Assembly (NCBI GenBank): GCA_934395135.1
Contig: CAKRRK010000001.1
Location: forward strand, 255,375 to 287,374
Length of the DNA: 32,000 nt
Origin: an uncultured Eubacteriales bacterium
GTDB lineage: Bacteria > Bacillota > Clostridia > Oscillospirales > Butyricicoccaceae
Direction of reading: 5' to 3'
Positions 25,565 to 32,000 of this stretch are shown here, one piece after another (within the stretch, counting starts at the first letter, position 1; the number at the start of each line of letters is the position of its first letter). Under the pieces are notes generated by a model. The model had not been told where the DNA came from. It worked only from the letters and a program-made list of their open reading frames with translations, and ran no database searches. A program made the translations under genes and the position numbers.

Positions 25565-26995
25565 ATGGATTTAAAGCATAAGGCCACGAGACTCGCCTTT
25601 TCTACGGCAATCGACGGCGTAATGAAATATATCAATAAAGACAGAGAGAAGAACCTCCTCAAACTTGTTGATATGGCTGAAAAATTGATGGGAGATACAT
25701 ATCCTAAGTATCTTTGGAAAAACGCAAGGGAACTGTTTTCAGATCCGGACGCAAAATGGATGCAGTTTATGTTCAAGTCTTTTGACGACTTGGATCCCAA
25801 GGTTGTGAAGATGCATATTCTGAACCTAGCGTTTGAAGCAGGCTTGTCCGGCATGAAGCGCGTTGTGGCAAACCGCGAAAAATACGGCTGCAACGTACCT
25901 TGGCTCATTTTAATGGATCCTACCAGCGCCTGCAACTTAAAATGTACGGGCTGCTGGGCGGCAGAATACGGCCACAAGCTGAACCTCACTTATGACGAAC
26001 TGGACAATATCATCACCCAGGGCAAAGAACTGGGCATTCACTTCTATATTATGACCGGCGGCGAGCCGCTGGTGAGAAAAGCGGACATTGTAAAGCTTGC
26101 GGAAAAGCACAACGACTGTGCGTTCCATATCTTCACAAACGGTACGCTGATTGACGACGAGTTGTGCCGGAAAACCAAGGAACTGGGCAACATTTCTTAT
26201 GCTCTCAGCCTGGAAGGCTATGAAGAAGTGAACGACAGCCGCCGCGGCGAAGGTGTATTCCACAAGGTTATGGAAGCTATGGACCGTATGAAAAAATACG
26301 GCCTCCTCTACGGCATTTCCGTATGCTATACCAGCCGCAACTACAAGGTTGTAACCTCGGATGAATTTATGGATATGGTCATTGACAAGGGTTGCCGTCT
26401 GGCATGGTATTTCCACTATATGCCGGTGGGCAATGACGCTGCGGTGGAATTGATGCTTTCTCCGGAACAAAGAGAATACATCGTACACCGGATTCGTGAA
26501 ATCCGCAGCATGGACGGCGGCAAACCGATTTTTGCAATGGATTTCCAGAACGACGCAGAATTTGTCGGCGGCTGCATTGCCGGCGGTAAAAACTACCTTC
26601 ACATCAACGCAAACGGCGATGTGGAACCCTGTGTTTTCATTCATTATTCCGGCGCCAACATCCGGGAAAAGACACTGTTGGAATGCCTCCAGCAGCCGCT
26701 GTTTATGGCATACAAGAACAATATGCCGTTTAACGACAATATGTTCCGCCCCTGCCCTATGCTGGAAAACCCGGAATTCATTCAGCGTATGGTAAAAGAA
26801 ACCGGCGCAAAATCTACCGATATGATCTCTCCGGAAAATGTAGACGACCTTATCGGAAAGACCACGCCGTATGCAGACAACTGGAAAGAAAAGGCTGACA
26901 AGCTTTGGACAGAACGGTCTGCAGAACGGGACGCTGCAAAAAAAGCCCATGAAGAATACGAGGCCCAGTGCGCTGAGAAAAAGAAAAGAAAATAA
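25565..26995 (+). CDS. Radical SAM enzyme of unknown substrate (MoaA/NifB/PqqE-like core with extra C-terminal Cys residues)
   Basis: 476 aa. The CX3CX2C motif is SACNLKCTGCW, about 110 aa from the N-terminus. The GGEPL SAM-binding motif is MTGGEPLV. Downstream cysteines lie in GGCIAGGKNYLHINANGDVEPCVF and FRPCPM (twitch/SPASM-like). The C-terminal tail is Lys/Glu-rich. The RBS is AGGAGG. Confidence 0.8.
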   Translation: MDLKHKATRLAFSTAIDGVMKYINKDREKNLLKLVDMAEKLMGDTYPKYLWKNARELFSDPDAKWMQFMFKSFDDLDPKVVKMHILNLAFEAGLSGMKRVVANREKYGCNVPWLILMDPTSACNLKCTGCWAAEYGHKLNLTYDELDNIITQGKELGIHFYIMTGGEPLVRKADIVKLAEKHNDCAFHIFTNGTLIDDELCRKTKELGNISYALSLEGYEEVNDSRRGEGVFHKVMEAMDRMKKYGLLYGISVCYTSRNYKVVTSDEFMDMVIDKGCRLAWYFHYMPVGNDAAVELMLSPEQREYIVHRIREIRSMDGGKPIFAMDFQNDAEFVGGCIAGGKNYLHINANGDVEPCVFIHYSGANIREKTLLECLQQPLFMAYKNNMPFNDNMFRPCPMLENPEFIQRMVKETGAKSTDMISPENVDDLIGKTTPYADNWKEKADKLWTERSAERDAAKKAHEEYEAQCAEKKKRK

Positions 26996-27000
26996 ACAAA

Positions 27001-27037
27001 ACACCGGAAGAAATCTTCATCTTCCGGTGTTTTTTAT
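27001..27037 (+). terminator. Rho-independent terminator of the radical SAM gene
   Basis: ACACCGGAAG-(10-nt loop)-CTTCCGGTGT forms a 10-bp stem followed by TTTTT. It begins 5 nt after the stop codon. Confidence 0.85.
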
Positions 27038-27075
27038 TGCAGCGCGTCACGGAAAAGCGGCACAGGTATCTTCTG

Positions 27076-27113
27076 CAAAAAAGCCGGAGGGGGTTATCCT
27101 CTCCGGCTTTTTC
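27076..27113 (-). terminator. Terminator of the minus-strand secreted-protein/SDR/lipoprotein operon (could act in both directions)
   Basis: GCCGGAG-(11-nt loop)-CTCCGGC forms the stem. A-runs and T-runs flank it on both sides (AAAAAA on the left, TTTTT on the right). It lies about 40 nt beyond the lipoprotein stop. Confidence 0.6.
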
Positions 27114-27149
27114 ACTATATTATTGCTTCCGATTCATTGGACTTTCGTG

Positions 27150-27815
27150 TTATCCTTGATACGTTCCCGCAATGCCATCGTCCCCGGAAACCGTAAACAC
27201 GCCTTCTTCCTCACAACGGAAGGAAAGATCGCCTTCCACTGCGTCTTCGCCGGTGAAAAGATCCCCTCTGCCGCAGGACGCCGTATTTCCCTGCACCCTG
27301 GCGATGCCGGAAATGCTGTGTTCGCCTTCCAGATAAAACTCAAAAGAATTGGCGTCCGCCTGATACAGCGTCAGCGTATATCCATTCTCCTGGTTTGTAT
27401 ATTCCCCATCCCAGGCACACACTGCGTCCCTCTGCGGGTCATACAGCGGAAATTCCGCATAGGGCAGGATTTCGCTGCCGTCATAATAGAACAGGTCGCC
27501 GCTTTCTTTCTGCACCGCAATGCCGCCAATGACATCACTGCCTTTTGTTACCGTGAACACAAAATATCCCTGCGTGGTTTCGTCCGAAATGTCTTTCTCC
27601 TCTTCCAGCGCATAGGTTCCTTCTTCCAGCTTTTCCGCTGCAAGCTGATATGCATCCTCGTAGGTAAGGGTGCTGTCCGGCACATCCGCCGGGGAATCGT
27701 CCTGCGTCGGTGCAGGGTTGGGATCTTCCGGCGGGCGCTCCGTCCCGCTGCCATTACAGCCTGCCGCTGTCAGCAGCAATGCCAAAATCATCCATACTGC
27801 TAAAAACTTTCTCAT
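27150..27815 (-). CDS. Lipoprotein of unknown function
   Basis: The signal peptide and lipobox are MRKFLAVWMILALLLTAAGC, followed by a Pro/Asp-rich linker. No domain recognised. Its ATG overlaps the TGA of the SDR gene (ATGA). Confidence 0.7.
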   Translation of the reverse strand: MRKFLAVWMILALLLTAAGCNGSGTERPPEDPNPAPTQDDSPADVPDSTLTYEDAYQLAAEKLEEGTYALEEEKDISDETTQGYFVFTVTKGSDVIGGIAVQKESGDLFYYDGSEILPYAEFPLYDPQRDAVCAWDGEYTNQENGYTLTLYQADANSFEFYLEGEHSISGIARVQGNTASCGRGDLFTGEDAVEGDLSFRCEEEGVFTVSGDDGIAGTYQG

Positions 27816-28579
27816 GCTTGTATCCTTTCGCTTCCCAGCGCCTTTTTTTCCTGAATCCGGCGGGTAATTTTGATGAGCAGCCCTTCCGGCAGCAACCTGG
27901 CTGCCAGCAATCCCGCTTTCATAGAAACTCCCGGCACAATTACACGTTTCCCTTTGAATAACATCTTCACCCCATACTCCGCGGCTTTCTCCGGCGCCAT
28001 TGGCTTCACAGAAGCATGAATGCCCGCATTTCGGTTAAATTCCGTATCCACCGGCCCCGGGCAGAAAGCGCATACCCGCACACTGCCGCCGGACTCTTCC
28101 TCAAAAACCGCTTGGGAAAGACGCAGCACATAACTTTTCGCTGCGTAATAGGAGGACAGAAACGGTCCTGCCATATATCCCGCGGAGGAGGCTACATTCA
28201 TTATATACCCTTTTCCCCGTTTCTGGAATGTTTTCAGGTAAAGTTTTGTTAAAATATGCGGCGCCTTTATATTCAGATCCAGCATAGTAAGTTCCCGTTC
28301 CAGAGACGTTTGCGAAAACCGCCCATACACGCCGAATCCGGCGGCGTTTATCAGCACCGACACATCCATTTCTTTCGTTTGCTCCCACAGTGCATAGCAC
28401 TGCCCGGGTACAGACAGATCCATACACAATACCATACATTTCACCGGCAGTTCCTCTGCCAGCTGCATGAGCCTATCCTCCCGGCGGGCGACCAGCACAA
28501 GGTCGTATCCCCGCCGGCTCAGCGCCTGGGCGATGCATTTTCCAAGTCCGGAACTTGCGCCGGTTACCACTGCCGTCAT
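27812..28579 (-). CDS. Short-chain dehydrogenase/reductase (classical SDR)
   Basis: The cofactor motif is VVTGASSGLGK (TGxxxGxG). NAAG is present. The catalytic motif is YAAKSYV (YxxxK) with an upstream Ser. The RBS is AAGGAGAA. Confidence 0.88.
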   Translation of the reverse strand: MTAVVTGASSGLGKCIAQALSRRGYDLVLVARREDRLMQLAEELPVKCMVLCMDLSVPGQCYALWEQTKEMDVSVLINAAGFGVYGRFSQTSLERELTMLDLNIKAPHILTKLYLKTFQKRGKGYIMNVASSAGYMAGPFLSSYYAAKSYVLRLSQAVFEEESGGSVRVCAFCPGPVDTEFNRNAGIHASVKPMAPEKAAEYGVKMLFKGKRVIVPGVSMKAGLLAARLLPEGLLIKITRRIQEKKALGSERIQA

Positions 28580-28595
28580 AGTCTGGTTCTCCTTG

Positions 28596-29990
28596 TTACA
28601 GAGCGATGATCTGATCCCAGTTCAAAATTATGCTGTCCGTTCCCGGCTTTTTTATGGTGCTGCCGGCAGAATTCCAATACTGCACCTTTGTTTCGGAATA
28701 AATATTGTATTCCTCCGTTACAAGGCGGATTTCTTCCTCCAACGCCTCTGCTTTCACCGACATCACAACGCTGCATCGTTCCGTTCCAGGACCGGAAACC
28801 GTATATTCCGTCCGTCCCGCAGCGGCGCCGTTTTGGGATGCGGTAACCGAAATCGTCAGGGCATAGGTTTCCCCGGCCGCAGTCTCTTCCTGCAGGCTTA
28901 TGGTGGAAACGCCGTTTTTCTCTGTAAACTGCCCGTCGCACAGCGCCGCTCCAATCCGCTTTGCCGTGTCCTGCAGCGCCGTACTGTCGCAGCTTGTGAC
29001 CTCCACATCCCGCAAACAAGCGGCAATGAGGTCCCGTGTGTCGTCATAGGACGCCATATTGGCGCTGCTCCAAGGGATTTGCTCCATCTGGCTGCTCACC
29101 GCCGTCACCGAGCCGCCAATGATGTCCATTCCCCGTTCGTTGTCAACCTGATACCATAAATCGCCCTGCGTCCCGGCCAGAAGGTTGAAAATCTCTCCCT
29201 TCACGTAAGCGGTTTGCCCAGTTTCATAATAGGAAAGCTCCATATTTTCCAAGGCTTCCATCAACTGTGCGTTTTGCTGAGCGCTTTCTTTGTCAAGGCC
29301 CGCAAACAAGGCAGAAAGGTTGCTTTCCAGCCGGATGTCCGCAGACAGTTCCCTGCCTTCCCGAACCCCTTCAAATGTGCCGACGGTATCGTAGGCAGTG
29401 CCCGCCTCGTCAAACAATTCCGTAGCAAGGCGATAACTTCCTCTCAGACGATTGCCGCCGTGTTCCGCGGTTTCCCGCGCCAGGGCAATGTATTGATCCA
29501 TGCAGGAAAATTCCCCTGCCACCTCTTCTGCAATCCGGCGGGGATCGGTGATTACCGCCGTCATCTTTGCCTGGTCCCATCCCACGTTGTAGCCCAGACA
29601 CTGGGCTGCAAAGCGCACCGGTACAAACGTGCGATTGTTCATTGCAAAGGATTTGGCGTCTGTCACAACGGTTTTTTCTGTCCCGTTTTCCACCACCGTC
29701 ACATTGTAATCGCCAATGACAAACCGTACCGTGGTGTCGCCCTTCACTGCGACTACCGTCTTGCTTTCCGTCACATAATCCACGTCTGCGCCGAGGGTTT
29801 CAAAAATCGCCCGAAACGGCACATAGGTTCTGCCGGACATCGCCACCGGCGCGGCATCGGTAAACGTTACCGTTTTTCCGTCTGCAATCACGGAAATCCC
29901 ATGAATATACTCTACCGCATAAGCATTCAAGGTAACCGCGCCAATGATGGAAATCACCAGCAGCATCGCCCGGATGATATGCTTTTTCAT
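28596..29990 (-). CDS. Secreted protein with N-terminal copper-amine-oxidase-N-like (stalk) repeats and an uncharacterised ~300-aa C-terminal region
   Basis: The signal peptide is MKKHIIRAMLLVISIIGAVTLNAYA. Two repeats carry the motif SGRTYVPFRAIFETLGADVDY / NNRTFVPVRFAAQCLGYNVGWD, typical of the Cu_amine_oxidN1 family. The RBS is TAGGAG. Confidence 0.75.
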   Translation of the reverse strand: MKKHIIRAMLLVISIIGAVTLNAYAVEYIHGISVIADGKTVTFTDAAPVAMSGRTYVPFRAIFETLGADVDYVTESKTVVAVKGDTTVRFVIGDYNVTVVENGTEKTVVTDAKSFAMNNRTFVPVRFAAQCLGYNVGWDQAKMTAVITDPRRIAEEVAGEFSCMDQYIALARETAEHGGNRLRGSYRLATELFDEAGTAYDTVGTFEGVREGRELSADIRLESNLSALFAGLDKESAQQNAQLMEALENMELSYYETGQTAYVKGEIFNLLAGTQGDLWYQVDNERGMDIIGGSVTAVSSQMEQIPWSSANMASYDDTRDLIAACLRDVEVTSCDSTALQDTAKRIGAALCDGQFTEKNGVSTISLQEETAAGETYALTISVTASQNGAAAGRTEYTVSGPGTERCSVVMSVKAEALEEEIRLVTEEYNIYSETKVQYWNSAGSTIKKPGTDSIILNWDQIIAL

Positions 29991-30053
29991 GCTATTTCAC
30001 TCCTAAATATCAAGTTTATGAAAGAATTCCTTTCACTTTCCTTACGATATCTT

Positions 30054-30082
30054 ACAATACCATATAAAATTTTCTTTGTCAA
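30054..30082 (-). promoter_or_regulatory. Putative sigma-A promoter of the minus-strand operon
   Basis: On the minus strand: TTGACA (30082-30077), a 17-nt spacer ending in TGG, then TATTGT (30059-30054). Confidence 0.45.
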
Positions 30083-30092
30083 AAAAATTACC

Positions 30093-30121
30093 TTGATTTT
30101 TGGATAATTCTGGTGTATAAT
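30093..30121 (+). promoter_or_regulatory. Orphan plus-strand sigma-A-like promoter, back to back with the promoter above
   Basis: TTGATT (30093-30098), a 17-nt spacer, then TATAAT (30116-30121). No credible CDS follows before the terminator at 30247. Confidence 0.4.
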
Positions 30122-30127
30122 TTAGAT

Positions 30128-30292
30128 ATTCCAATAAAGTTTATAATTTTGTTACATAAGCTTTAATTTTTACTTGGTAATTAGAAATGGAAACGATGGT
30201 TTTGTTTCCCAATTTCTTTTTATTTCTCTTTTATCCCTTTATTACAGAAACAGGAACTCTTTCCCCCATAAGAGTTCCTGTTTCGCTTTTTT
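30128..30292 (+). ncRNA. Candidate small RNA or terminated leader (promoter-to-terminator unit of about 165 nt)
   Basis: It is bounded by the promoter at 30093-30121 and the strong terminator at 30247-30292. It contains an internal hairpin GGAAAC-(9 nt)-GTTTCC (30189-30209). The only ORF here (84 aa from 30187) lacks an RBS and reads through the terminator. Confidence 0.3.
30247..30292 (+). terminator. Strong rho-independent terminator with no upstream plus-strand gene
   Basis: GAAACAGGAACTCT-(10-nt loop)-AGAGTTCCTGTTTC forms a perfect 14-bp stem, followed by GC and TTTTTT. The minus-strand reading lacks a T-run, so it is plus-oriented. Confidence 0.8.
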
Positions 30293-30424
30293 CAGACTTG
30301 TCCATTGCCGCTCTGCGCCTTTCAGAGCAACAAAAAGCACTGAATAATCATAATATTCAGGAGAAAAATAGCGGTAATGCCAACGATAAATTCTTTGTCC
30401 AAGCGTTTCCCCTTTCTCTGGCTG

Positions 30425-30453
30425 TTGACAAACATTTGTGATTCACTTACAAT
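30425..30453 (+). promoter_or_regulatory. Putative sigma-A promoter of the polysaccharide locus
   Basis: TTGACA (30425-30430), a 17-nt spacer, then TACAAT (30448-30453). It lies about 60 nt upstream of the GTG start at 30512. Confidence 0.5.
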
Positions 30454-30511
30454 TAAATGATATGGATATGTTCGAACGAATGCTTTTTCATACAATTCTA
30501 TGAGGTGAACT

Positions 30512-31708
30512 GTGAAAAATATACTTCTTTACCAGCATGGCGGCAGCAAAAACCATGGATGCGAAGCCTTAGCGCGCACGGTAACCACAATTTTAAAAGA
30601 ACAGATGGACGTTTCGGCTACCCTGTGTTCCAATCACCCGGAGGAAGACGCTTTGTACGGTCTGGACCAGGAACTGACCATCATCCAAAACAACCAGATC
30701 CTCAAACGATACAGTCCAAAATGGTTTCTCTACCAGGCGGACCGGCGGATTACCAAAAGCCGCGCGCTGCAGGAAGCCTTTCTGACGGAAAAAAATATCC
30801 TCCGCGCGGCGGAAGGCTGCGATCTCGCGATTGCCATTGGCGGCGACAATTACTGCTATCACAAAGGCCGGCAGTTCTGGCCCACCGACCGGAAGCTGAA
30901 AAAAAAAGGCGTTTCCACGATGCTTTGGGGATGTTCCATTGAACCGGAGGATTTGGACCGGGAGTTTGCGGCGCATCTCTCTTTGTTTGATTTAATTACC
31001 GTGCGGGAGTCCGTGTCGTTTGACGCGATGGCAGCGGCCGGCATCCCCCGGGAAAAAATGTTTCTCCTCCCGGATCCTGCCTTCACCCTTCCTGCCGACG
31101 AGCTTCCCCTGCCGGAGGGGTTTTCGCCAGATAACACGGTGGGAATCAACGTCAGTCCAATGATCATCGGCTGCGAACGCAGTCAGGGAGCGACTATGGA
31201 AAATTATGTCGCTTTGATGGATTATATTTTGAAGGAGACGGAAATGCACATTGCCCTCATCCCTCATGTGGTGTGGGAAGACAACGACGACCGTGTTCCC
31301 CTGTCTCTGCTTTATAAAAAATTCTGGCACACCGACCGTGTCGTTCTGCTGCCGGACTGCGGCTGTTCTGCCCTCAAAGGTTATATCGCACGGCTGCGTT
31401 TTTTTATCGGTGCACGCACCCATGCCACCATTGCGGCATATTCTTCCGGTGTGCCGACCCTTGTAGTGGGATACTCCGTCAAAGCCCGCGGTATCGCCCG
31501 GGATTTGTTCGGCACGGAGGAGGGCTATGTGCTCCCAGTCCAATCCCTCACCCGGCCGGAGGAACTCACCGCCGCATTCTGCCGTTTAGCCGGCGATGCG
31601 GACCGTATCCGCACCCGGCTTAACACCATCCTTCCGTCTTACCGGCAGGCGGCATTCGCCGCCGGCCAAAAGGCGGCGCAGCTTCTTGGAGAATACACCC
31701 ATGATTGA
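30512..31708 (+). CDS. Polysaccharide pyruvyl transferase family protein
   Basis: 398 aa with a GTG start after GAGGTGA. The N-terminal YQHGGSKNHGCEALARTV and the later IAIGGDNY..., RLRFFIGARTHATIAAYSSGVPTLVVGYSVKARGIA match my recollection of the PS_pyruv_trans (CsaB/WcaK-like) layout. Its position next to a flippase supports the call. Confidence 0.7.
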   Translation: MKNILLYQHGGSKNHGCEALARTVTTILKEQMDVSATLCSNHPEEDALYGLDQELTIIQNNQILKRYSPKWFLYQADRRITKSRALQEAFLTEKNILRAAEGCDLAIAIGGDNYCYHKGRQFWPTDRKLKKKGVSTMLWGCSIEPEDLDREFAAHLSLFDLITVRESVSFDAMAAAGIPREKMFLLPDPAFTLPADELPLPEGFSPDNTVGINVSPMIIGCERSQGATMENYVALMDYILKETEMHIALIPHVVWEDNDDRVPLSLLYKKFWHTDRVVLLPDCGCSALKGYIARLRFFIGARTHATIAAYSSGVPTLVVGYSVKARGIARDLFGTEEGYVLPVQSLTRPEELTAAFCRLAGDADRIRTRLNTILPSYRQAAFAAGQKAAQLLGEYTHD

Positions 31709-32000
31709 GAATCAACGAAAAGCGGGGGTGGCCCTGTCTTACGCTTCCATGCTCATTAATATTGCCATTGGCCTTATTTCCGTCCCTCTTATGAACCATT
31801 TTATGGGAAAATCGGAATACGGCATTTACGAGTTGATGGGTTCCCTCATCGCGTATATGTCGGTCATGGACTTCGGCCTGTCCGCCACCATTACCCGCTA
31901 TTACTCTCAGGCAATGGCAAAGGGCGATACGAAAGCCCGGGAGAATATCCTTGGAATTTCCTCGGTGATTTACATGGTCATTGCCGGGATTACCATTGTC
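31701..32000 (+). CDS. Oligosaccharide flippase (Wzx / MOP-family polysaccharide biosynthesis protein), 5' part only
   Basis: My translation from the ATG at 31701 gives MIENQRKAGVALSYASMLINIAIGLISVPLMNHFMGKSEYGIYELMGSLIAYMSVMDFGLSATITRYYS... This is a hydrophobic, Wzx-like N-terminus. It overlaps the pyruvyl-transferase stop by 8 nt and is open to the window end. Confidence 0.6.
   Translation, partial: MIENQRKAGVALSYASMLINIAIGLISVPLMNHFMGKSEYGIYELMGSLIAYMSVMDFGLSATITRYYSQAMAKGDTKARENILGISSVIYMVIAGITIV

Noticed and set aside
30370-30377. An ops/JUMPstart-like sequence (AGCGGTAA versus the GGCGGTAG core) in the leader of the polysaccharide operon.
   Set aside because: It matches only 6 of 8 positions of a proteobacterial element and lies upstream of the predicted operon promoter. 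This is not a credible match.
30187-30441. An 84-aa hydrophobic ORF (METMVLFPNFFLFLFYPF...) in the intergenic region, considered as a possible small membrane protein or type I toxin.
   Set aside because: It has no Shine-Dalgarno sequence. The reading frame runs straight through a perfect 14-bp terminator hairpin and T-run. Its composition simply reflects T-rich intergenic DNA.

Overview
This 32-kb chromosomal window comes from an endospore-forming Clostridia-type Firmicute, because spo0A and spoIVB are both present. A finer guess of Oscillospiraceae/Ruminococcaceae is low confidence. All calls rest on reading the supplied ORF translations, manual motif recognition and hand-folded hairpins; no database search was run. 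I recognised no rRNA, tRNA, CRISPR array, transposase or integrase.

About 30 protein genes are present, and most are housekeeping:
- the 5' end of polA (edge-truncated and missing from the ORF track), hup, spo0A and spoIVB
- nagB, a Zn-dependent dehydrogenase and a macro-domain protein
- the fatty-acid-kinase set, with degV/fakB divergent from asp23-yloV/fakA
- pth, a GNAT, a TIM-barrel sugar-phosphate isomerase, Mrp/ApbC and an HD 5'-nucleotidase
- nifS-nifU and mfd
- two tandem PrsA-like lipoproteins and a stand-alone radical SAM enzyme
- an operon of a secreted protein, an SDR and a lipoprotein
- the start of a polysaccharide locus (pyruvyl transferase and a Wzx-type flippase, truncated at the window end)

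The region that does not look like housekeeping is a ~3.7-kb islet at about 3.7-7.4 kb, between spoIVB and nagB. It holds a small SLOG/DUF2493-type protein convergent with a tight three-gene operon. That operon encodes an HTH-WYL-WCX regulator, then an ATGA-overlapped FokI/NlaIII-type N6-adenine DNA methyltransferase, then (after a 25-nt gap) an atypical G3E-like P-loop NTPase with a DUF1980-like C-terminal domain. I could not recognise any restriction endonuclease. This is my best candidate for an undescribed WYL-controlled DNA-modification or conflict module, but the function is inference only.

Other items worth a second look:
- two perfect Spo0A boxes 10 bp apart upstream of spo0A
- a PrsA paralog pair in which one copy has lost both conserved parvulin histidines
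- an orphan radical SAM gene with a consensus promoter and a 5'-UTR hairpin
- an orphan promoter-plus-strong-terminator unit (candidate ~165-nt sRNA or leader) in front of the polysaccharide locus
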